Numbered from the stretch's first letter, positions 1 to 7,211 are shown. The stretch is 13,293 nucleotides of DNA from Candidatus Sulfobium sp. (GCA_037380845.1 JARRRI010000048.1:1-13293); one strand, 5' to 3'. Translations and numbers: made by a program. Notes: a model not told the origin generated them from the sequence alone.

Positions 1-4
1 TCGT

Positions 5-100
5 CCTCTGGCAGCTCGGCCGTCTCCTGCAAGTATAACTCTACTGAAGACCCGCCGCTTTCCGCCCCATCCTCGCGGAGGGTTTGGCTTTGTCGAGAGA
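5..100 (-). ncRNA. Cyclic dinucleotide riboswitch aptamer, c-di-GMP-I (GEMM-I) class
   Basis: The reverse complement reads CUCUCGACAAAG-CC-AAA-CCCUCC-GCGA-GGAUGG-GG-C-GG-AAAGC-GGC-GGGUCUUC...GGAGAC-GG-CC-GA-GCUGCC-AGAG. It shows P2 with a GNRA (GCGA) tetraloop, the AAA internal loop, the CGGAAAG junction, P3 with GGUCU/AGAC, the terminal GCUGCC, and P1 CUCU/AGAG. Matched by eye to the GEMM-I consensus. Confidence 0.9.
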
Positions 101-116
101 GCCTTTATTCGATCTT

Positions 117-145
117 ATTATTGCCGCAGAAGACGTTCCTGTCAA
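117..145 (-). promoter_or_regulatory. Sigma70-type promoter driving the riboswitch leader
   Basis: Minus strand TTGACA (145-140), 17 nt spacer, AATAAT (122-117). The predicted start near 110 is about 10 nt before the aptamer. Confidence 0.75.
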
Positions 146-343
146 GTTGAAGTTCGAATGATGAGGGCATCTAATAATTTATTGTTTATCATCGGTCTCG
201 GGAGGGTTAATGAAAAAACAGCCAACCAGAGGCGCTTTGTTTGCAACGGAAGACAATCGGGCAGATTTCCTCTCCCGGATGGCCACATGCAGGTGGGGGG
301 GCGGCCACGAAGGAACCGCGCCAGCGAACGAAGTTATGGCCGC

Positions 344-1312
344 TCAAAATCCCGTAATTCCAGGACCTGTCTTCTCTTCCGAGCAGGCTATCCTGACTGC
401 TTCTCTGAAGGGTGTCTTGTCGACTTTAACAAAATCATCTATCTTGTTTTCCCTGCAAATCACTTCGCTCTTCAAACCTTCTATGAGGGGATGGGCTACG
501 CCGGAGGGTACAGGAGTTACGAGGTCGACCCAGTATGCAGAGAGGATGGGAGTCAAGAAGGGCACCCGGAAAATGATCCGCTTCGCCAGTCCTCGTGCCT
601 CTGCGTACTGCTGCATCATCTCACGGTAAGTGAGTATATCAGGTCCCCCTATATCGAAGGATTTTCCGGCTGTCTCCGGGTCAAGAAGGCATCCCGTCAG
701 ATATGCAAGGACATCCCTGAGCGCTATGGGCTGGATCCTCGTGTCTATCCACCTCGGGCATCCCATGACCGGCAGCCTTTCCACCAGATATCTGAGCATC
801 TCGAAGGAGGAGCCGCCCGCCCCGATAATGATGGCGGCCCGGAGGACGGTTGCAAGGGGTTTTCCCGAGGAGAGTATTCCGGCAACCTCCGCGCGGCTCT
901 TCAGATGTTCTGAGAGGTCCTCGTGGGTCTCCCCCAGTGCCCCCAGATAGATAACTCTCCTGAGCCCGGTCCGGCCAGCGGTCTCCGTGAAATTCCGCGC
1001 GGCTTTCTTGTCCTTCTCGGCGTACTCCGCATTTCTGAACACTGTCCTGCCACTCATGGAGTGGACGAGATAAAAGGCCGTGTGGATATGCTGAAGAGCG
1101 TCTTCCAGCCCTTCGCCGCTTATGAGGTCTCCCTGTGCGACTTCGCAGTCCGCCCCTCTGGGAATGAGCCCGGAAGTACGAGACCGGTTACGCGCGAAGA
1201 TCCTCATTCTGACTCCCTTCCCGTAAAGCTCGGGGATCAGTTTTCTGCCTATGAACCCTGTTGCGCCAAGTATGAGTACCCTGTCATCCGGAGCGATCCG
1301 AAGGCCTTCCAT
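344..1312 (-). CDS. NAD(P)H-binding atypical SDR / epimerase-like protein (YbjT/NmrA-like)
   Basis: Rossmann motif LILGATGFIG, plus AFYLVHSM, RVIYLGALG, SEHLKSRAEV, LRAAIIIGAGGSSFEMLRYLVERLP and FDIGGPDILTY, all typical of YbjT-like proteins. 322 aa, with no long C-terminal extension. Confidence 0.88.
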   Translation of the reverse strand: MEGLRIAPDDRVLILGATGFIGRKLIPELYGKGVRMRIFARNRSRTSGLIPRGADCEVAQGDLISGEGLEDALQHIHTAFYLVHSMSGRTVFRNAEYAEKDKKAARNFTETAGRTGLRRVIYLGALGETHEDLSEHLKSRAEVAGILSSGKPLATVLRAAIIIGAGGSSFEMLRYLVERLPVMGCPRWIDTRIQPIALRDVLAYLTGCLLDPETAGKSFDIGGPDILTYREMMQQYAEARGLAKRIIFRVPFLTPILSAYWVDLVTPVPSGVAHPLIEGLKSEVICRENKIDDFVKVDKTPFREAVRIACSEEKTGPGITGF

Positions 1313-1318
1313 AAGTAA

Positions 1319-1327
1319 ATTGTACCA
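1319..1327 (-). promoter_or_regulatory. Extended -10 promoter, putative leaderless start of the SDR gene
   Basis: Minus strand TG-G-TACAAT followed by TTACTT-ATG(1312). No SD in the 15-nt intergenic gap. Confidence 0.5.
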
Positions 1328-1708
1328 TCAAAGGATGCCTACTGCCGCTCCGGTCATGCATGTGGCCAGGGTGCCGGCCACTATGGACCTCAGCCCAAGC
1401 GAGATGATTTCGCTCTCCCTTTCAGGAGCCATTCCCCCGAGCCCGCCGATCATTATGCCCAGGCTGCCAAAATTTGCGAAACCGCACATCGCATAGGTCA
1501 TTATGAGGCGGCTCCTTTCGCTCAGTGCCCCCGAAGGAAGATGAGCAGGGTCGACATAGGCGATAAATTCGTTCAGGACAGTCTTGGTACCCATCAACGC
1601 GCCCGCAGTGAAGCGCGCCCTTCCAGCCACTTCCCTTCTCTTTTCGCTAAAGAGCCACGCCAGACCGGCCAGGGCAAAGAGGCCCGTGAGGCTCTGAATC
1701 CTCAGCAT
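1328..1708 (-). pseudogene. NupC/CNT-family nucleoside transporter with a large in-frame internal deletion
   Basis: The N-terminal CNT segment (QSLTGLFALAGLAWLFSEKRREV) is joined directly to the C-terminal segment (LMGTKTVLNEFIAY...TYAMCGFANFGSLGIMIGG...APER...AGTLATCMTGAAVG). 126 aa versus roughly 400 aa for bacterial CNTs. Confidence 0.8.
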
Positions 1709-1761
1709 ATCGGTGTAACCGGGTACTTTGTCAGATTATCTCCGGCAAGAGCGATAACCAT
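1702..1761 (-). CDS. Putative 19-aa upstream ORF (MVIALAGDNLTKYPVTPIC)
   Basis: Strong SD AAAGGAGGT (1777-1769) 7 nt before ATG 1761. The TGA stop at 1704-1702 lies just past the nupC ATG (ATATGCTGA). Confidence 0.4.
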   Translation of the reverse strand: MVIALAGDNLTKYPVTPIC

Positions 1762-1794
1762 AACGCCGACCTCCTTTCCGGGGAGAGTATCGTC

Positions 1795-1803
1795 ATTATA
1801 CCA
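1795..1803 (-). promoter_or_regulatory. Extended -10 promoter upstream of the uORF/nupC remnant
   Basis: Minus strand TG-G-TATAAT, a perfect extended -10. No recognisable -35. Confidence 0.55.
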
Positions 1804-1905
1804 GAACCCTCTTCACGATATCTGATTCGAAGGGCAGGGAAAATGCCTGAAGTCTCTTTCCGGCAGCGGGTCAGTCTGTAATCCAGCAGGCTATTTGCCG
1901 CCTTC

Positions 1906-1934
1906 TTGAGAGCGGCATGAAATTGCATTATACT
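1906..1934 (+). promoter_or_regulatory. Sigma70-type promoter for the M28 peptidase gene
   Basis: TTGAGA (1906-1911), 17 nt spacer, TATACT (1929-1934), ending 64 nt upstream of ATG 1999. Confidence 0.6.
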
Positions 1935-1998
1935 TTGAAGTGAGTTCTCGTCTGCCTGATATTTTTGGGAAAGAGGTGCCCGACGGAAAAGGCGATCT

Positions 1999-2862
1999 AT
2001 GATTCACATAAAATCCAATCTCATTGAGACTGTGTCCCATCTCTCAGGGGAAATAGGCAGGAGAAGCTATCTCGATATCGGCAAGCTCGGCGAAGCGGCC
2101 GATTATATCGACGGGAAGTTCCGCTCCTTTGGTTGTCCCGTTGCGAGGCAGCCGTTTGCTTACAGTAACAACACTTACTACAACCTGGATGTGGAGGTGC
2201 CGGGAAGCGGGGGCCGGGACGAGGGCATCCTCATTGTCGGTGCGCATTATGACACGGTCCCGGACACGCCCGGCGCCGACGACAATGCCAGCGGTGTCGC
2301 CGGACTCCTTGAACTGGCAAGACTTGCTTCGCTGACGCCTTTCCGGAGGACCGCCCGTTTCGTCGCCTTCTGTCTGGAGGAACCGCCTGCCTTCATGACG
2401 AGCCGGATGGGGAGCCACCTATACGCCCAGAGAGTGTTTGTAGAGGGGACGAGGGTTCACGGGATGATATCTCTGGAAATGCTCGGATATTACTGCCAGG
2501 ACGACGGATGCCAATATTATCCTTCATCGCTGTTCAGGCTTTTTTACCCGAAAAAGGGCGATTACATAGCGTTTGTCGGAAATATATCGTCACGCAGGTT
2601 TACTCGTGAGGTGAGAGATTCATTCAGGGCCGTATCTTCTCTGGCTGTGGAATCCCTGAGCGGCATTTCACTCATTCCGGGAGTAGATTTCTCCGACCAC
2701 CGGAGCTTCTGGAAATTCGGCTATCCGGCCTTTATGGTGACCGATACCGCTTTTTACAGGAACCCGAACTATCACGCTCCCGGCGATACCGCCGAAACTC
2801 TCGATTACGAAAAGATGTCCGCACTGGTGGAGGGGTTGTATAAAGCTCTTCGGGAAATATGA
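1999..2862 (+). CDS. M28 family zinc peptidase
   Basis: IVGAHYDTV..TPGADDNASGVAGLLEL, the catalytic EE (FCLEEPP), ISLEMLG, SDHRSFW and YHAPGDT. No N-terminal signal peptide is visible. Confidence 0.9.
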   Translation: MIHIKSNLIETVSHLSGEIGRRSYLDIGKLGEAADYIDGKFRSFGCPVARQPFAYSNNTYYNLDVEVPGSGGRDEGILIVGAHYDTVPDTPGADDNASGVAGLLELARLASLTPFRRTARFVAFCLEEPPAFMTSRMGSHLYAQRVFVEGTRVHGMISLEMLGYYCQDDGCQYYPSSLFRLFYPKKGDYIAFVGNISSRRFTREVRDSFRAVSSLAVESLSGISLIPGVDFSDHRSFWKFGYPAFMVTDTAFYRNPNYHAPGDTAETLDYEKMSALVEGLYKALREI

Positions 2863-2975
2863 TGAAGGAAGAAAGGGGCGGGACATTTTGATAAGATGTT
2901 TTTAAGAAGTTTTTTGAGAACCGGTAGCGAACGGGCCGGTCGGGCCCTGTCGGCGCGGGGGATGGTGCATAACGA

Positions 2976-4163
2976 ATGAAGAAAAAAGACGGACCGAAGA
3001 AAAGCAAATCCAGGGGGGCGCCAAGCCACGGAAGGAAATCGACCGGCGAGGCCACCCTTTTGTATCATGCCATCTTCGAACAGTCTCCTTACGGAATCCT
3101 GCTTATAGATACGGACGGCGCGATCATTGAATTCAATGAGGCTGCCCACCGGGACCTCGGATACTCGAGGGAGGAATTTGCCGAGTTGCGTCTGACAGAC
3201 ATTGACGCGTCTCAGAGCGTCGGACAGATCAGGGCCAGTGTCCGGAAGGTGCTAAGGGAAGGAAAGGCGGAATTCGAGGTAAGGCACAGGGCGAAGACGG
3301 GAAATATAAGAGACGTCTATGTGATCACGAAGGTGACGGAGTTGTCGGGCCGGAAGGTATTTCAGACAATCTGGCAGGATATAACCGAGCGTAAGAGGGA
3401 CGAGGAGGAACTGAAGAACTACCGCGAGCATCTGGAGGAGTTGGTCGCCGAGCGCACAACCGCATTGAAAGAGACAAACGAACAGCTCCGGAGAGATATC
3501 GCCAGACGCAGGAGGGCTGAAAAGGCGTTGTCGGAGAGCGAGAAGCGCTACCGTACGCTTTTTGAGAGTGCCCGGGACGCCATTTTTATCCTGGGGGCGG
3601 AGGGTGGAGAGGCAGGCAGGATTGTGGCAGCCAACAAGGCCGCTGCCGAAATGCACGGGTATTCGGTTGAAGAATTGCTGTCCCTGCGCATCAGTGACCT
3701 GGATTCTCCCGATGAAGCCCGAAAGGTCCCGGCCAGGCTCCGCCGGATGTTGAAAGGCGAATGGCTAAAAGCGGAAATGACACATATGAAGAAGGACGGT
3801 ACAATGTTTCCGGTGGAGATCAACGCGGGTCTGATGGAACTCGGCGACCGTAAATTCGTCCTTGCCTTTGACAGGGACATCACCGCACGAAAGTTTGCGG
3901 AAGAAGAGAGAGAAAAGCTTATTGTCAAACTCCAGGACGCTCTGGAGAAGATCAAGACATTGAGAGGACTGCTACCGATGTGTGCCTGGTGCAAAAAGAT
4001 TCGCGACGACAAGGGATACTGGAAAAAGGTGGAGGACTACCTGAGAGAACACTCAGACGCCACGTTTACCCATGGCATATGTCCGGAATGTCTGAAAAAA
4101 GTGAGTCCGGAGACGTACGCTGAAAAGTTCCCTAAGGGAGGCAGGAAGAAGGGTAGCGGCTAA
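2976..4163 (+). CDS. Soluble PAS-PAS sensor protein with a C-terminal Cys/His-rich module
   Basis: Two PAS/PAC domains (FNEAA...GYSREEF...QDITERK; ANKAA...GYSVEEL...RDITARK) linked by a signalling helix (LEELVAERT). The C-terminus is LRGLLPMCAWCKKIRDDKGYW...FTHGICPEC. No HisKA, HATPase, GGDEF or EAL domain. Confidence 0.88.
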   Translation: MKKKDGPKKSKSRGAPSHGRKSTGEATLLYHAIFEQSPYGILLIDTDGAIIEFNEAAHRDLGYSREEFAELRLTDIDASQSVGQIRASVRKVLREGKAEFEVRHRAKTGNIRDVYVITKVTELSGRKVFQTIWQDITERKRDEEELKNYREHLEELVAERTTALKETNEQLRRDIARRRRAEKALSESEKRYRTLFESARDAIFILGAEGGEAGRIVAANKAAAEMHGYSVEELLSLRISDLDSPDEARKVPARLRRMLKGEWLKAEMTHMKKDGTMFPVEINAGLMELGDRKFVLAFDRDITARKFAEEEREKLIVKLQDALEKIKTLRGLLPMCAWCKKIRDDKGYWKKVEDYLREHSDATFTHGICPECLKKVSPETYAEKFPKGGRKKGSG

Positions 4164-4336
4164 GAAAGGATGGGGTTCCGCTACAGTCGGTCGCCGGCAG
4201 GGTGCCGAGGAAGTATTTTTGGGCCTTTCCGGCCATTGCCGGGCGCTGCGTGATAAAAAGTCCGGTTCCTCCGACGGGGCGGCTCAATCTATCCGCCGTC
4301 ATTTCCGATCGGTAACGGGACCGCATCCTGCCCCCG

Positions 4337-4345
4337 TGTTATAAT
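4337..4345 (+). promoter_or_regulatory. Extended -10 promoter, putative leaderless start of the EndoQ gene
   Basis: TG-T-TATAAT, then TTGTC, then ATG 4351. No SD upstream. Confidence 0.6.
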
Positions 4346-4350
4346 TTGTC

Positions 4351-5637
4351 ATGCGCTTTATCGCCGACCTCCACATCCATTCAAGATATTCGCGCGCCAC
4401 AAGCAGTGACATGTCTCCCGAGAGCATCTGGAAGTGGGCCCAGCTAAAGGGGATCACCGTGGCAGGCACGGGTGATTTTACACATCCGGGCTGGATAAGA
4501 GAGCTTGAAGAAAAGCTGGAGCCGGCGGACAATGGCCTTCTTGTGCTGAAAAAGGAGTATGAACCCGGCGGTGTCCCGCGGTCATGCAGGGCCGGGGTCT
4601 TCTTCGTTCCCTCCGTCGAGATTAGCTGTATTTACAAGAAAGGCGGAAGGACCAGGAAGGTGCATAACCTTGTCTTTGCCCCGGACCTTGAAACCGCGAC
4701 ACACATAAGCAGGGCCCTTGACCGCGTGGGAAATCTCAATTCCGACGGAAGGCCTATCCTCGGGCTGGACTCGAAGGATCTTCTGAAAATCGTCCTCGAT
4801 TCCGCTCCCGGAGCACTGTTTGTGCCCGCGCACGCATGGACTCCGCATTTCTCCGTCTTCGGCGCCGCATCCGGTTTTGATTCTCTCGAAGAATGTTTCG
4901 AGGAACTGACGCCGCATGTCCGAGCCATAGAAACGGGTCTCTCATCAGATCCGCCGATGAACCGGCGACTGTCAGCCCTGGACGGGATAAATTTGATATC
5001 CAATTCTGATGCCCATTCCCCCGCCAGGATGGGGAGGGAGGCCAATATCTTTGATACGGAAGTTTCGTGCGACTCACTCATGAAGGGTATCGCGACCGGG
5101 GAAGGCCTGACGGGCACGATAGAATTTTTCCCCGAAGAGGGCAAGTATCATTACGACGGGCACAGGTCGTGCGGCGTCTGCCTGTCACCCCGGGAGACTT
5201 TGCGGCGCAACTATCTCTGTCCCGTATGCGGAAAGAAACTTACGGTGGGAGTAATGCACAGGGTATGGAAGCTTGCGGACAGGGATGGCTGCTCCGGGCT
5301 TATGGACCCGGACTACCGGTCTCTTATACCTCTGATCGAGATTGTCGCGGAGGTACGCAAGATGGGGGCGAACAGCAAGGCGGTCGGAAGAGATTACCTC
5401 AACTTGCTTGAATCACTCGGGAACGAATTCGGCATACTCATGGACCTTCCGACCGGGGAGATAGCTGCCGCCGGGTTTCCGGGCGTCGCCGATGCCATTG
5501 GAAAGATCAGGAGGGGAGATATATCTGTCTCGCCCGGTTTCGATGGTGAGTACGGAAAGATAAGGGCCTTGGGCGAGTTCGCGACAAGAGCGAGGTCAAA
5601 GGCCGGGAGATGCTGCTTTAGCCGGGATTATTCATGA
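4351..5637 (+). CDS. Endonuclease Q family PHP-domain protein with Zn ribbon (stand-alone, not UvrD-fused)
   Basis: ADLHIHSRYSRATS, GTGDFTHP, PAHAWTP, IETGLSSD, SNSDAHS, EEGKYHYDGHRSC-x2-C...CPVC...GVMHRV and PGFDGEYG. Confidence 0.88.
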   Translation: MRFIADLHIHSRYSRATSSDMSPESIWKWAQLKGITVAGTGDFTHPGWIRELEEKLEPADNGLLVLKKEYEPGGVPRSCRAGVFFVPSVEISCIYKKGGRTRKVHNLVFAPDLETATHISRALDRVGNLNSDGRPILGLDSKDLLKIVLDSAPGALFVPAHAWTPHFSVFGAASGFDSLEECFEELTPHVRAIETGLSSDPPMNRRLSALDGINLISNSDAHSPARMGREANIFDTEVSCDSLMKGIATGEGLTGTIEFFPEEGKYHYDGHRSCGVCLSPRETLRRNYLCPVCGKKLTVGVMHRVWKLADRDGCSGLMDPDYRSLIPLIEIVAEVRKMGANSKAVGRDYLNLLESLGNEFGILMDLPTGEIAAAGFPGVADAIGKIRRGDISVSPGFDGEYGKIRALGEFATRARSKAGRCCFSRDYS

Positions 5638-7206
5638 ACGTCGGCGGGACAGAGGCTCCTCTCCCATTACAAAAAGGTCTTCTTTCAGGATCTCTTCTTT
5701 TGGGCCCTGAGCGGCGATTTTACCGTGGTCGAGGACCAGGACGTGACTGATGGAGGGTATGATCTCGTCCCTGTGATGGGTGACGAGTATCATCCCCACC
5801 GGGTCCTGCGATATCCTGTTCAGAAACTTCGCAAAGTCACTTTTTGACCTGGAGTCGAGACCGCTGAACGGTTCATCGAGCAGGAGTAAGGCGGGGGCCT
5901 TTACAAGCGCCCTCGCAATAAGTATCTTTCTGAATTCACCGTAGGACATCCTGTCCACCTGCCTGGGCCCCAGTTTTTCGATGCCGAGGCGTCTCATCAA
6001 TTCTCCCGAGAGCCTTCTCTGTTTCGGGGTCACCCGCCTGTAGAGTCCTATGCTTGAGAAAAAACCGGACACGACCACGTCTTCTCCGGTCATGTTTTCA
6101 TCGTATTCAGCCTGCAGTTCCGGCGAAATGTATCCGATCTTCTTTTTCAGGTCCCATATGCTGCCGGAGCCTCCTACGCCGAACCTCCTGATGTTCCCGC
6201 CGGACGCGGGACGGCAGTCGCCGGCAACAAGCCTCAGGAATGTCGATTTCCCGGCACCGTTTTTCCCCACCACCGCCCAGTTTTCGCCGGCCTTCAGCTC
6301 CCAGTCTATGCTCCCCAGGACAATCTTCTGGCCCATGTAAACATTCACGCCTCTCATCTTTATCACGGAGCGCCTGTTTTCCAAAGGTCCGGTTTCCGCC
6401 TCCTGGCGTACCACTCTGTCTTTCCGTCCGGCTTTTACTGTTTCGCGAAGGCCGAGGACATACCTCAGGTTGTCCGGCGCAAGGACCTGTTCTCTCCTCC
6501 CCTGCAGGAAAATTCCGCCTTCTTTCAGAAGCGCGGCGTGGGTAATAAAACTGTCGAGACCGGATATCCTGTGTGTAGCGAGGACATAAGGCACACCCCC
6601 CTGCACCGTCTTCTCCAGCAGGCCCGAGAGTTGTTTCCTTGCATGTGGGTCGAGTCCGCTGAAGACCTCATCCATCAAAAGTACTCTTGGATTGAAGACG
6701 AGCGCCCTTGCGATAAGGACCTTCCGCGCCTCGCCGCGGGACATTGCAAGAATGCTCCTCTTCCTCAGATCATCCAGGCCAAGGAACGAGATGAGGCGGC
6801 GCGCAGCCCTGACCATGGAAGGAGATGGCCTTTCCTGCAGCCAGACGCTGTCAAAGAAGCCCGTGAGAACCACCTCTTCCCCGGGAATGTCAATGCCGTT
6901 TCTTACGTATCTGTCCTGAAGTTCGGGGTCGACAAGGCCGATGAGCTTCCTCATTCCCAGAGGGGTGTCCTGGCGTTCGCCTTCCAGACAATAAATCCTC
7001 CTTGCAGTTTTTTTCGGGTCAGGCCAGAGATCGCCGCGTATGAGTTTTAAAAATGTCGACTTGCCGGCGCCGTTGGCTCCGATGACGGCCCACTTTTCAC
7101 CCGGTCGCAACTGCCAGGAAATGGAGCGAAGGACCTTCCAGCCTTCCCTTGACACGTCGACGTTTGTGATGGAAATGAGGTAATCCGAGCTCTGCTCCGA
7201 CATCAT
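5632..7206 (-). CDS. ModF-like protein with two tandem ABC ATPase domains
   Basis: Two Walker A motifs (GANGAGKST, GKNGAGKST), variant signatures MSRGE and MSYGE, Walker B LLMDE and LLLDEP, H-loops ATH and VTHH. The GE(K/N)WAV and SIWDLKKKIGYISPELQ segments are ModF-like. The start may be 7203. Confidence 0.85.
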   Translation of the reverse strand: MMSEQSSDYLISITNVDVSREGWKVLRSISWQLRPGEKWAVIGANGAGKSTFLKLIRGDLWPDPKKTARRIYCLEGERQDTPLGMRKLIGLVDPELQDRYVRNGIDIPGEEVVLTGFFDSVWLQERPSPSMVRAARRLISFLGLDDLRKRSILAMSRGEARKVLIARALVFNPRVLLMDEVFSGLDPHARKQLSGLLEKTVQGGVPYVLATHRISGLDSFITHAALLKEGGIFLQGRREQVLAPDNLRYVLGLRETVKAGRKDRVVRQEAETGPLENRRSVIKMRGVNVYMGQKIVLGSIDWELKAGENWAVVGKNGAGKSTFLRLVAGDCRPASGGNIRRFGVGGSGSIWDLKKKIGYISPELQAEYDENMTGEDVVVSGFFSSIGLYRRVTPKQRRLSGELMRRLGIEKLGPRQVDRMSYGEFRKILIARALVKAPALLLLDEPFSGLDSRSKSDFAKFLNRISQDPVGMILVTHHRDEIIPSISHVLVLDHGKIAAQGPKEEILKEDLFVMGEEPLSRRRS

Positions 7207-7211
7207 GAAAA

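Noticed and set aside
41..70. Minus-strand mini ORF MGRKAAGLQ
   Set aside because: It lies inside the riboswitch aptamer, which explains the sequence.
158..913. 251-aa plus-strand ORF
   Set aside because: Mostly antisense to the well-supported SDR gene, with no recognisable motifs; a shadow ORF.
1740..1800. Purine riboswitch ahead of nupC
   Set aside because: UAUAAU is present, but the UUUCUAC junction and kissing-loop motifs are missing. It is better read as a -10 box.
1731..1928. 65-aa minus-strand ORF
   Set aside because: No SD or family motif, and it crosses two predicted promoters.
2883..2899. Imperfect palindrome ACATTTTGATAAGATGT as an FNR/CRP site
   Set aside because: Only one TTGAT half-site, and no promoter can be placed convincingly.
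4164..4335. Short GC hairpins after the PAS gene as terminator, REP or sRNA
   Set aside because: Stems are 5-8 bp with no adjacent U-tract and are not repeated; expected by chance at this GC content.
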